Source: an uncultured Actinomycetes bacterium
GTDB lineage: Bacteria; Actinomycetota; Coriobacteriia; Coriobacteriales; Atopobiaceae
NCBI GenBank assembly: GCA_900318935.1
Contig: ONMP01000003.1
Span: 18,358 to 82,357, forward strand
Length of the DNA: 64,000 bases
Direction of reading: 5' to 3'
Shown: one piece after another, positions 49,205-58,401 of the stretch
Layout: each line of letters begins with the position of its first letter
Position numbering within the stretch: position 1 is the first letter of the stretch
Notes under the pieces: model-generated
What the model was told of the DNA's origin: nothing
The model's input: only the letters and a program-made list of their open reading frames with translations
The model's database searches: none
Program-made: the position numbers and the translations under genes

Positions 49205-50485
49205 ATGAAGAAGACTCGTCAGCAAGTACATCAACCGCAGGTCCCCTACACCACCCGTCAGCAGGCCAATAACACCTGGAAGGCCGTCTTGGGAGGGTCT
49301 GTGGCAGGAGCCGCTGTCTCGGCAGCGCTTGCGGTTGCACTCTTGGGCACCGGTGTCGTAGGCCCCACGTCCGCCCAGCAGCAGGCCGAGCCGCAAACCA
49401 TCTCGAACTCGACCCTCAATATCACCCCCGCATCCGAGAGCACCACCGTATCGGAAGCCGTGGCAAAGAAGTGTCTGCCTTCCGTCGTGTCGGTCAACGT
49501 TGAGACGCCCAGCGGAGCAGGCATCGGGTCGGGCGTGATTCTCGACACCGATGGCAACATCATCACCAACTGGCACGTGGCGGGCGATGCCACAGAGATC
49601 TCGGTAACCATCGACAACAACACCTATGACGCCGTGCTCGTGGGCGGCGACGCATCCAGTGACATTGCCGTGATACGCGCAGAGCTTGGCGGTGCGCTCG
49701 TCACGCCCATCGAGGTCGGTGACTCTTCCGAGCTCGTGGTGGGAGACTGGGTCATGACGCTGGGTAGCCCCCTGGGACTCGACCAGTCCGTCTCTACCGG
49801 TATCGTGAGCGCCCTGTATCGCAATCAGCTCATGGCCGACGCAAGCGGCAACACGCTCTATACCAACCTCATCCAGGTCGATGCGGCAATCAACGGCGGC
49901 AACTCGGGTGGGGCGCTGGTCAATGACCAGGGGCAGCTCGTAGGCATCAACTCGCTTCTTGCGGACGCCTCGGGCACTGGGTCCTTCTCCGGCATCGGAT
50001 TCGCGATTCCAGGCAACTATGCCGTCGAGATCGCAAACAAGGTCATTGCCGGAGAGCAGGTGACGCACGCCTACATCGGCCTCTCTTGCGCGACCGTCAA
50101 CGAGCAAAACGCGCAGGGCAACAACCTGCCTACTGACCAAGGCGCCTATGTCGCTGAACTTGCGGAAGACGGTCCGGCGGAGGCGGCAGGCATTCAGGTC
50201 GGTGACATTATCACTAAAGTTGGCGACCTTGATGTGACTTCGGCCGACAGCCTTCTGCTCGCTGTGCGCACCCATTCCGTGGGCGACAACGTTGAGGTGA
50301 AGTTCTTACGCGACGGTGAGGAGCACACCGCTGTGGTGACGCTTGGCTCTGACGAATTGCTTCAGGCGCAGCAGGCTGAGGCCAAGCAGGAGCAAGAGGC
50401 GTTCGAACAGCAGCAGATGGACCAGTACCAGCGCTACCTCGAGCAATTCATGGGACAGCGAAACCTGCAGGGATTGCCTTACTAA
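49205..50485 (+). CDS. htrA: S1C (HtrA/DegP-type) serine protease with a PDZ domain
   Basis: It has a TM anchor. The catalytic triad motifs are TNWHV, DIAVIR and GNSGGALVN. A PDZ segment follows (GAYVAELAEDGPAEAAGIQVGDIITKV). Confidence 0.88.
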   Translation: MKKTRQQVHQPQVPYTTRQQANNTWKAVLGGSVAGAAVSAALAVALLGTGVVGPTSAQQQAEPQTISNSTLNITPASESTTVSEAVAKKCLPSVVSVNVETPSGAGIGSGVILDTDGNIITNWHVAGDATEISVTIDNNTYDAVLVGGDASSDIAVIRAELGGALVTPIEVGDSSELVVGDWVMTLGSPLGLDQSVSTGIVSALYRNQLMADASGNTLYTNLIQVDAAINGGNSGGALVNDQGQLVGINSLLADASGTGSFSGIGFAIPGNYAVEIANKVIAGEQVTHAYIGLSCATVNEQNAQGNNLPTDQGAYVAELAEDGPAEAAGIQVGDIITKVGDLDVTSADSLLLAVRTHSVGDNVEVKFLRDGEEHTAVVTLGSDELLQAQQAEAKQEQEAFEQQQMDQYQRYLEQFMGQRNLQGLPY

Positions 50486-50530
50486 AGAGATTCCTCTAGC
50501 CCGCGCCGGAACTCGCGCCATCGGTGTATT

Positions 50531-51724
50531 TCAGGCCAGCGACTTCCGAAGCGGGCGCACGCTGCGCTCGAGGGTACCTGTCATGCGCGCGATGACGATT
50601 CCGTAGTTGGTGAAGGGCACGCCTTGGTCCTGCGCGCACTTCATGCGGTAGCGCACCTCGCGCTCGCTTGTCATGCAGCCGCCGCAATGAATGACGAGGG
50701 CGTAGCGGGATAGGTCTTCCGGAAACTCCCGCCCGGAGCAGGTCTCAATCTCGAGGTTTGCTCCGGTGTGCGCTCGCAGCCAGCGAGGTATCTTCACCGT
50801 GCCGATGTCGTTGCACTGCCGATGGTGCGTACAACCCTCGGCCATGAGCACCCGATCACCGTCACGCAGCCCGTCCACGGCGGCGACCCCAGCCTCGGCT
50901 GTCGCCAAGAAGCCCTTATAGCGAGCCATGAGTATCGAGAACGACGTCAGAGGCACGTCTTCGGGCACGATGGATGCCACAACTGCGAAGGCCTGACTGT
51001 CGGTGACGACGAGGGCGGGCGGTGCCGAGAGGTGCTCGAGCGTAGAAGCTAGCTCGGTCTCGCGACAAACCAACGCCGTCGCCCCGGCGTCAAGGACATC
51101 TCGGATGGCCATTTGCTGGGGCAGGATGAGACGGGCCTTTGGCGCGGACTCGTCGATGGGGCACACGAGCACCACGGCCGCGCCGGGTGAGATGAGGTCG
51201 CCCAAGAGGCGGTGGCCGGGGTCTTCCTTTGGTGCGAGCGATCCGAGGCGTTCCTTCAACTCGTGGATGCCCTCACCAGTAAGGGCGCTCACGTGGAGAG
51301 CATTCGGCGTGGGTTGTACGCCGTTGGATAGCAGGTCGCTCTTGTTGAGCACAATCACGTAGGGCAGGAGCTTCTCCTCAAACATGCCAACGAGCTGTCG
51401 GTCAACCTCCCCGAGGCCGCGCGTGGCGTCCACCACGAGCACGGCGATGTCGCAGCGGTTGAGCGTCTGCTTGGTGCGCAACACGCGCTTCTTGCCGAGC
51501 ATCCCTTCGTCGTCGAATCCGGGTGTATCTATGATGACGACCGGACCGAGCGGCAGCAGCTCCATGGCTTTCTGCACGGGATCAGTGGTCGTGCCAGCCA
51601 CGTCAGACACGACAGCGAGGTCCTGCCCGGTAACGGCGTTCACAACGCTCGACTTGCCCGCGTTACGACAACCAAAGAACCCGATGTGGACGCGTTCGGC
51701 CGAGGGCGTGGCGTTGAGGCTCAT
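50531..51724 (-). CDS. hydF: [FeFe]-hydrogenase H-cluster maturation GTPase HydF
   Basis: ATG at 51724 follows aaaaggag. The GTPase motifs are GCRNAGKSS, DTPG and NKSD. The C-terminal cluster motif is EGCTHH...IHCGGCM. Confidence 0.85.
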   Translation of the reverse strand: MSLNATPSAERVHIGFFGCRNAGKSSVVNAVTGQDLAVVSDVAGTTTDPVQKAMELLPLGPVVIIDTPGFDDEGMLGKKRVLRTKQTLNRCDIAVLVVDATRGLGEVDRQLVGMFEEKLLPYVIVLNKSDLLSNGVQPTPNALHVSALTGEGIHELKERLGSLAPKEDPGHRLLGDLISPGAAVVLVCPIDESAPKARLILPQQMAIRDVLDAGATALVCRETELASTLEHLSAPPALVVTDSQAFAVVASIVPEDVPLTSFSILMARYKGFLATAEAGVAAVDGLRDGDRVLMAEGCTHHRQCNDIGTVKIPRWLRAHTGANLEIETCSGREFPEDLSRYALVIHCGGCMTSEREVRYRMKCAQDQGVPFTNYGIVIARMTGTLERSVRPLRKSLA

Positions 51725-52018
51725 GGTGGCTCCTTTTCCGTATGCAATGCGCATGATTGTATCCCAGGTTTGAGGCGGGTCGCTCCTCACGTCCCATGTT
51801 TCGCACGTGTGACAGGCTCGGGTGCGGCGCGTTGAGGGTGGTATAACTACCTCCATGGATACTGGTACGCACATAACGTCGACAGCACGCTCCCAAGGGT
51901 TCAGCCTGCTGCTTCTTTAGGCGCTTCCGCATGCAAGCGGTTGCGCCCATAACCCCTTTTTGCAGACGTGTTTTGTGTTTGAATGTATCCCCTTAGCCCC
52001 GAAACGGAGAAGAATCCC

Positions 52019-54652
52019 ATGAAGCTCGCATTCTCTACCATTGGCTGTCCCGCCTACGTATGGACCGACATCTATCCCATGGCCAAGGACCTTGGCTTCG
52101 ACGGCGTCGAGATTCGCGGCGTGGCAGGCAACGACTTCGCGCCAACCGCGCAGCCTTTCCTTCCGCGTCGGCGCGCCCGCACCAAGGCCCAGCTCTCGCA
52201 GCTTGGCCTCGAAATTCCCTGCTTCTCGACGAGCTGCGAGTTGGCTAGCGCAGAGGGCCGTGCGCAGGCGATGTCGGACGTGGCGGACTACCTCGAGCTG
52301 GCAAGTGACATGGGCACGCCTTTTGTTCGCGTGCTGCTTGCGCGCGACATTCGTCCCACTGGTATCACGGATGACGCATCGGTAATCGACGCGCTGCGCG
52401 AGCTGGGCGACCTCGCCTCCGTATACGACGTCTGCGTGCTCATCGAGACCGAGTCCGATTACGCCGACACAGCCCGTCTGGCCCGCGTCCTCGATGCAGT
52501 GGACTCACCCTTCGTCGCCGCGCTTTGGGACCTGCAACACCCGTATCGCCTCTTTGGCGAGTCGCCCGAGACGACGATTGCGAATCTCGGCAAGTACCTG
52601 CGCTACTGTCAGGTCAAAGACTCCGTGATGCTGGACGAGAATATCGTGTATCGCATGATGGGCGAGGGCGACATGCCGCTCGTGCAAATGTTTGACGCGC
52701 TGCGCGACGCGGACTACGACGGATATCTCTCGTTCGAGTGGCCCCGGCGCTGGGCGCGTGAGGTGGCAAAGGGCGAGCCGGGCATCGTCTTTCCGCAGTT
52801 CATCAACTACATGCATTCATACTTCCAGGGCGAGGCCGCGCCTGTGGTCACCCGCCTTGCAGAGCCCCGGCGCACAATCGCTACTCCCGCAGCGGGGGAG
52901 GGCGAGCTGCAGCACTCCCTCACCAACGACGGCACCTATCCCTGGCCCAAGGAGCACCTCATCGACCACACCTTCCCGCAGGTGCTCGACCACATCTGCG
53001 AGCTGTATCCCGAGCAGTACGCCTTCCGCTATACCGAGCCGGACAGCCACTACAATCCCGAGCCGGATGCGAACGGCGAGTACTATGTGCGCACCTATCC
53101 GCAGTTCCGCGACGATGTGGACGAGTTCGCGCGTTCGCTCATCGCCTTGGGCGTGCGCCCCGGCGACAAGGTCGCCATCTGGGCATCGAACGTCCCGCAG
53201 TGGTATCTCACCTTCTGGGCGGCGGTAAAGATTGGCGCCGTGCTCGTCACCGTCAACACCGGCTACAAGATTCATGAGCTGGAGTACTTGCTCAAGCAGT
53301 CCGACACAAACACGCTGGTCATGATTGACTCCTACAAGGGTACGAGCTACCTGGACATCGTGGACGAGCTCATTCCCCAGCTCGTGGGGTCGCGACCCGG
53401 CGAGTGGGCGAGCGAGAAGCTGCCCTTCCTGCGCAATGTCATCACCATCGACGGGCCGCACGACGGCTGCTACTCTTGGGGCGAGGCCCTGGCGATGGGT
53501 TCCCCGCAGCTGCAACCCGAGGTCGATCGCCGCTGCGCAAACATCGACAAGCACGACGTGTGCAACATGCAGTACACCTCCGGCACGACCGGCTTCCCGA
53601 AGGGCGTCATGCTCACGCACTACAACGTGGTCAACAACGGCAAGGCCATCGGCGACTGCATGGACCTCTCCACGGGCGAGCGGATGATGATTCAGGTGCC
53701 GATGTTCCACTGCTTCGGCATGGTGCTGGCCATGACGGCGTCGATGACGCACGGCACCACGATGAGCCCGATTCCCATCTTCTCCCCGCGCAAGTCGCTG
53801 GCCTGCATCAGCAAGGAGAAAATCACCTGCTTCCATGGCGTGCCGACGATGTTCATCGCCATGATGAACACCCACCCCGCCTTCGAGGAGACGGACTTCA
53901 GCCACATGCGCACGGGCATCATGGCTGGCAGCCCCTGTCCCATCGAAAAGATGCGCGAGGTCGTGGAAAAGATGAACATGCGCGACATCTGCATCACCTA
54001 CGGCCAGACCGAGGCCAGCCCCGCTACCACGATGAGCAAGACCACCGACACGCTCGAACAGCGCGTCGCCACCGTCGGCCTGCCCATCTTTGGTGTGGAG
54101 TGCAAGATCATCGATCCCGAGACGGGCGAAGAGCTTGGCGACGACGAGCCGGGCGAGTTCTGCAGCCGCGGCTACAACACGATGAAGGGCTACTACAAGA
54201 TGCCCGAGGCCACGGCCGCGACCGTCGACAAGGACGGCTGGCTGCATTCCGGCGACATCCTCTTGCGCCAACCCGACGGCTACTACCGCGTCACCGGCCG
54301 CGTCAAGGACATGATCATCCGTGGCGGCGAGAACGTCTACCCCAAGGAGATCGAGGACTTCCTCTACACCTTCCCAAAGACCAAGGACGTGCAGGTCATC
54401 GGCGTTCCCGACAAGGTCTACGGCGAGGTCGTCTGCGCCGAGATCATCTTGCACGAGGGCGAGACGGCGACGGCCGAGGAGGTCAAGGAGTTCTGCCGCG
54501 CTCGCATTGCCAAGGAAAAGGTGCCGGAGTACGTCGTCTTTGTGGACGGCTATCCCATGAACGAGGCCGGCAAGATCCAGAAGTACAAGATGCGCGAGGA
54601 GGCAGTCGACCTGCTCAACCTTCACGAGGCGGCAAACATCGAGACCGCGTAG
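52019..54652 (+). CDS. Fusion of a xylose-isomerase-like TIM barrel (sugar phosphate isomerase/epimerase family) and an AMP-forming acyl-CoA synthetase
   Basis: The N-terminal ~290 aa read MKLAFSTIGCP...GFDGVEIRG...YLSFEW. The rest has AMP-binding motifs (YTSGTTGFPKGVMLTH, GYGQTE-like ITYGQTE, GWLHSGD, KIQKYKMRE). Confidence 0.8.
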   Translation: MKLAFSTIGCPAYVWTDIYPMAKDLGFDGVEIRGVAGNDFAPTAQPFLPRRRARTKAQLSQLGLEIPCFSTSCELASAEGRAQAMSDVADYLELASDMGTPFVRVLLARDIRPTGITDDASVIDALRELGDLASVYDVCVLIETESDYADTARLARVLDAVDSPFVAALWDLQHPYRLFGESPETTIANLGKYLRYCQVKDSVMLDENIVYRMMGEGDMPLVQMFDALRDADYDGYLSFEWPRRWAREVAKGEPGIVFPQFINYMHSYFQGEAAPVVTRLAEPRRTIATPAAGEGELQHSLTNDGTYPWPKEHLIDHTFPQVLDHICELYPEQYAFRYTEPDSHYNPEPDANGEYYVRTYPQFRDDVDEFARSLIALGVRPGDKVAIWASNVPQWYLTFWAAVKIGAVLVTVNTGYKIHELEYLLKQSDTNTLVMIDSYKGTSYLDIVDELIPQLVGSRPGEWASEKLPFLRNVITIDGPHDGCYSWGEALAMGSPQLQPEVDRRCANIDKHDVCNMQYTSGTTGFPKGVMLTHYNVVNNGKAIGDCMDLSTGERMMIQVPMFHCFGMVLAMTASMTHGTTMSPIPIFSPRKSLACISKEKITCFHGVPTMFIAMMNTHPAFEETDFSHMRTGIMAGSPCPIEKMREVVEKMNMRDICITYGQTEASPATTMSKTTDTLEQRVATVGLPIFGVECKIIDPETGEELGDDEPGEFCSRGYNTMKGYYKMPEATAATVDKDGWLHSGDILLRQPDGYYRVTGRVKDMIIRGGENVYPKEIEDFLYTFPKTKDVQVIGVPDKVYGEVVCAEIILHEGETATAEEVKEFCRARIAKEKVPEYVVFVDGYPMNEAGKIQKYKMREEAVDLLNLHEAANIETA

Positions 54653-54671
54653 TGGGCTAGACGGAGTGCCT

Positions 54672-56009
54672 ATGGCTACCTCATCCGAAGAGCTCTTTTC
54701 CCAGACGCCGCCGTTGCGCCTCTTTCTGACGGCGGCGTTGCCTGGGGGCTTGGGGATGCTGGTGTCATCCTTGTACGACCTTGTTGACGGCGTGTTTGTG
54801 GGGCAGTTTGTGGGCGAGACGGCGTTTGCCGCCATCAACCTTGCCATGCCGTTTGTCATCATCAACTTCGCATTTGGCGGGTCGTCCGTCCCCATCTCCA
54901 TCGCGCATGGCAAAGGAGAGCGCGACAAGGCAAACAATATCTTTACCTGCGCCTGCCTGCTCAACGTCGGTACGGGTCTCGCGACGGGGCTCTTCTTCCT
55001 TGTCGCCGCACCGTACATAATGGCGGCCATGGGTGCGACGGGTGAGCTTGCGCGCCAGGCCACGCTGTACCTGCGCGTGTACTCCGCCTTTCTTCCGCTC
55101 ACGTCCATTGGCTTCTCAGCCGATAACTATCTGCGCATATGCGGTCGCATTCGCCGCAGTTTTTGGACGAACGTCTTTATGGCAGCGTCGGGCGCCGCCA
55201 TCGAATTCGTGCTGCTGGGCGTGATGGACATGGGTGTAGGTGCGTCGGCACTCTCGTACTGCATCGCTATGGTCTTGGCGGTGATGGTCGCGCTGTATCC
55301 GTTCCTTCGTGGAGGCATGGACCTTTCGTTCGTGCGCCCTCACTGGAGCTGGTCGCTCATGCGCGAGATCGTGCGCAATGGATTGCCGGAGTTCCTGGAA
55401 AACGTTGCCGGTCGCGTGACCTCCGTCGTGTTTGACGTGGTCCTGCTCGCATTGGGCGGTGAGGACGCCATCTCTATATATGGTGTGCTGATGTTCGTCG
55501 ATGGCTTGATCGTCATGCTCATGTACGGGACGGTGGACGCGATGCAGCCGGCGGTGGGGTTCAACTGGGGCGCAAAGAATCTCGCTCGCGTCAAGGCCCT
55601 GGAGAGGTGCTGCTTTGTGGCGACGGCGCTCATGTCGGGCGTGTTCATGGTGGGTGTGCTGTGTGTGCCAGAGCTTGTGGTGCATGTCTTTGTGCCTCGG
55701 GCAACGGCGGAATTCATGGGCGAGGCGGTGTTTGCCTTGCGCGCCTTCGGCACTTCGCTTGTGGTGAGATGGCTTCCCTTCTCGACTCAGGCATATATGG
55801 TGGCGGTGGGGCAATCGCGCCTCGCCACGCTGGTGAGCATCGGGCAGGCGCTTGTGTGTCCGCTATTCGTGCTGATGCTCCTGTCGCCGTGGGGGCTCAC
55901 GGGCATCTGGTTCAACTTGCCGGTGACATCGGCGATGGCAGCGATGCTCTCGTTGGGAGTCCTGTGGGTCTTTCGCGGGTCCGTCCACGAAAGAATAGCG
56001 CAAGCGTAG
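54672..56009 (+). CDS. MATE-family efflux transporter
   Basis: About 12 TM helices. The N-terminus PLRLFLTAALPGGLGMLVSSLYDLVDGVFVGQ is typical of MATE proteins. Confidence 0.8.
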   Translation: MATSSEELFSQTPPLRLFLTAALPGGLGMLVSSLYDLVDGVFVGQFVGETAFAAINLAMPFVIINFAFGGSSVPISIAHGKGERDKANNIFTCACLLNVGTGLATGLFFLVAAPYIMAAMGATGELARQATLYLRVYSAFLPLTSIGFSADNYLRICGRIRRSFWTNVFMAASGAAIEFVLLGVMDMGVGASALSYCIAMVLAVMVALYPFLRGGMDLSFVRPHWSWSLMREIVRNGLPEFLENVAGRVTSVVFDVVLLALGGEDAISIYGVLMFVDGLIVMLMYGTVDAMQPAVGFNWGAKNLARVKALERCCFVATALMSGVFMVGVLCVPELVVHVFVPRATAEFMGEAVFALRAFGTSLVVRWLPFSTQAYMVAVGQSRLATLVSIGQALVCPLFVLMLLSPWGLTGIWFNLPVTSAMAAMLSLGVLWVFRGSVHERIAQA

Positions 56010-56056
56010 AGGGGCACCGAAAGGGCGATCCTTTTCGCGTGTCTCGTTGATTCAGC

Positions 56057-56078
56057 CCAGCTACGAGGCCCTGAAGTT
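56057..56078 (-). repeat. Orphan copy of the last codons of rtcB (NFRAS*)
   Basis: 21/22 nt are identical to 57040..57061, which is the genuine rtcB 3' end (NFKAS*). Confidence 0.7.
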
Positions 56079-56231
56079 GGAAACGGGGGGCGGTGCACGG
56101 GTGGGTGTGTGTCCCTAGGGGTGAGTGGCTAGTTCGGCCTGTGACACCTTCCTTGCGCGGCGGCGGCCGGATTGCTACGCTCGCATTGGCGTATCTCCGA
56201 GGTAGGCTCATCCTTGATGGGAGGAAAGAAC

Positions 56232-56924
56232 ATGGCAAAGCTCGAACTTGCTCCAATAACGGTGCTCATGGGTCACGCTGGGGTGGGGAAGACGAACGTT
56301 GCGCTGGGCTTCGCGCTCGCTGAGGCCGCGGCTGGCCGTGAGGTGACGCTCGCAGACCTCGACGTCGTGAATCCGTACTTTCGCTCGAGCGACTATCCCG
56401 AGCTGCTTGCCGACGCAGGTGTGCGCCTCATCGCGCCTGTGCTCGCACGCACCACGCTCGACACGCCGAGCCTTACCGGCGAGTTGGATGCGGTCATCGA
56501 ACTCGCGCTGGCGGATCCGGAGCATCGGAGGCTGATCCTTGACGTGGGAGGAGACGATGACGGGGCCACGACCATCGGGCGCTGGTCGGCTCAGCTACGC
56601 GAGGCGGACGCGCGGGTGCTGTACGTGGTTTCGGCCTTCCGCGCGCTCACGCAGACACCCGAAGAGGCAGCGGCGATGTTGCCAAGCATCGAGGAGCATG
56701 CGCACCTACGGGCGGATGCCATCCTGAACACCTCGAATCTTGGGGACGAGACAACGATTGAGCATGTCGAGCGGGGGCGTGTCTTCGCGCGCGAGGTTGC
56801 CCGTTTGTGCGGTCTGCCGCTCGAGGCTACCGTCATTCCCGATGTGGTGGGGGAGATGCCCGAAGCCTCTGAGAAAGACGAGCCGATGCTCCTCATGCCT
56901 CGCCACGTGCGTCTTCCTTGGTAG
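56232..56924 (+). CDS. MinD/ParA/CooC-class (SIMIBI) P-loop NTPase with a deviant Walker A
   Basis: SD gggagga. The Walker A is LMGHAGVGKTNVALG, followed by LILDVGGDD. Confidence 0.65.
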   Translation: MAKLELAPITVLMGHAGVGKTNVALGFALAEAAAGREVTLADLDVVNPYFRSSDYPELLADAGVRLIAPVLARTTLDTPSLTGELDAVIELALADPEHRRLILDVGGDDDGATTIGRWSAQLREADARVLYVVSAFRALTQTPEEAAAMLPSIEEHAHLRADAILNTSNLGDETTIEHVERGRVFAREVARLCGLPLEATVIPDVVGEMPEASEKDEPMLLMPRHVRLPW

Positions 56925-57042
56925 CGGGGCGACCGCGAGGGGAGGCGGCCATGGCGAGGACGATAAGCATAGGGGTACAGGGGTTCGAGGAGATCCGTAA
57001 GGGCGGGAACTTAGGCGCACGTTGGCACCCTTTGGTACGCAG

Positions 57043-58242
57043 CTACGAGGCCTTGAAGTTGTAGATCGGGCGCAGCCGCTCCACGATGTCGACCGCCTCG
57101 GCGATGGGGCCGAGGATGTCGTCGGCCGACTTGTACGCACCGGGCGCCTCGTCGAGCGTCGCCGCCGAGACGGAGGTCGTGTAGACGCCCGCCATCTGCG
57201 CGCGGTACTCGTCTAGGCTCAGCTGCTCCTTCGCCGCCGTGCGCGAGAGGACGCGCCCCGCCCCGTGCGGCGCCGAGAAGTTCCACTCCGCGTTGCCGCG
57301 GCCGCGCGCGAGCACTGAGCCGTCGCGCATGTTGAGCGGGATGAGCACCAACTCTCCCTCGTGCGCGGCTATAGCCCCCTTGCGCAGAATCATCTCGTCG
57401 GTGTCGATGTAGTTGTGGATGGTGTGGAAGGCGTCGCGGTCGCCAAGACCCGTCATGCTGACGATGACCTCCGCCATGACTTCGCGGTTGCGTCGCGCGA
57501 ACCGCTGGCACACGGCGATGTCGTGCAGGTAGTCCTCGAGGTAGCTGCCATAGAGCCAGCACAGGTCCGCCGGTGCGTCGGGCTCGTGCCCCTCCCAGCG
57601 CAGCCGCTTGAGCGCGTCTTGGATCTCGCGACGACGACCTGCCGCCTTGTACTCGGCGATAATCGCGTCGCGCTTGGCGAAGTACTCCTCCTTGCCCCGA
57701 TGCAGCTCCACCGCAAGCTTCTGGTAGTGCGACGCCACCTGGGTGCCGAGGTTGCGGCTACCTGAGTGAATCACGAGATACTTGTTGCCGTCGTCTGCCT
57801 CGTCGATCTCGATGAAGTGGTTGCCGCCACCGAGCGTGCCCAGGCTGCGCTCGAGCCGCCGCGTGTCGCGCAGCGCGCGGTGGCAGCGCAGCTCCGCGAG
57901 GTCGAAGCGCTCGCGCCGCCCCTCCCACACGCTGAACCCCGAGGGCACGGCGTGGCATGCGTCGTCGAACGCGGGCAGGTCGATGTCGCGCCGCCCCAAG
58001 TCCACGGTGTACATGCCACAGCCTATGTCCACGCCCACGATGTTGGGCACGGCCTTGTCCGTCACGTGCATCGTGGTCCCGATGGTGCAGCCCGCGCCGG
58101 CGTGCGCGTCGGGCATGATGCGCACGTGCGCGCCCTCGGCGAAGGGCTGGTCGCACATCGCGCGGATCTGCTCGATGGCACCCTCCTCGATGCAGGTCGC
58201 GTAGCAGGTTGCGGTCTCGTAGCTTCCTTCAATGGTAAACAA
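57043..58242 (-). CDS. rtcB: RNA 3'-phosphate/2',3'-cyclic-phosphate ligase RtcB
   Basis: It has RIMPDAHAGAGCTIG, GVDIGCGM, GGGNHFIE, HSGSRNLG and APHGAGR. The only plausible start is TTG at 58242, preceded by GGAAGGAG. Confidence 0.88.
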   Translation of the reverse strand: MFTIEGSYETATCYATCIEEGAIEQIRAMCDQPFAEGAHVRIMPDAHAGAGCTIGTTMHVTDKAVPNIVGVDIGCGMYTVDLGRRDIDLPAFDDACHAVPSGFSVWEGRRERFDLAELRCHRALRDTRRLERSLGTLGGGNHFIEIDEADDGNKYLVIHSGSRNLGTQVASHYQKLAVELHRGKEEYFAKRDAIIAEYKAAGRRREIQDALKRLRWEGHEPDAPADLCWLYGSYLEDYLHDIAVCQRFARRNREVMAEVIVSMTGLGDRDAFHTIHNYIDTDEMILRKGAIAAHEGELVLIPLNMRDGSVLARGRGNAEWNFSAPHGAGRVLSRTAAKEQLSLDEYRAQMAGVYTTSVSAATLDEAPGAYKSADDILGPIAEAVDIVERLRPIYNFKAS

Positions 58243-58261
58243 GTTCTGCTCCTTCCTCGTA

Positions 58262-58349
58262 TGGTGCCCCCGCCGAGATTCGAACTCGGACGTCCGCTTG
58301 GGACAACGGCTTCTGAGACCGTTGCGTCTGCCATTTCCGCCACGGGGGC
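58262..58349 (-). tRNA. tRNA-Leu (anticodon CAG), 88 nt, CCA encoded
   Basis: Folded by hand. Acceptor stem GCCCCCG/CGGGGGC, D-arm GCG-N11-CGC, anticodon stem ACGGT/GCCGT with loop CTCAGAA. It has a long variable arm (GTCC..GGAC) and a T-arm CCGAG-TTCGAAT-CTCGG, ending in ACCA. Confidence 0.9.
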
Positions 58350-58365
58350 GCTTGTTCGCGCGACG

Positions 58366-58401
58366 AAAAAAGGCGCGGGCTGGATAGCTTCCAGTCCGCG
58401 C
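58366..58401 (-). terminator. Strong intrinsic terminator on the minus strand, 16 nt upstream of tRNA-Leu
   Basis: On the minus strand: GCGCGGACTGGA-agcta-TCCAGCCCGCGC followed by CTTTTTT. Confidence 0.7.

Noticed and set aside
52817-55108. A 763-aa minus-strand ORF
   Set aside because: It is antisense to the well-supported acyl-CoA synthetase and MATE genes. Its sequence is low-complexity and rich in A/G/R/V/D/H, with no start context.
56232-56924. Calling the MinD/CooC-class NTPase a HypB/CooC-type nickel insertase linked to the hyp cluster
   Set aside because: It has a deviant Walker A (GHAGVGKT) and no His-rich or CH metal-binding motif. It lies 11 kb away inside an apparent insertion cassette, so the sequence gives no support for this call.
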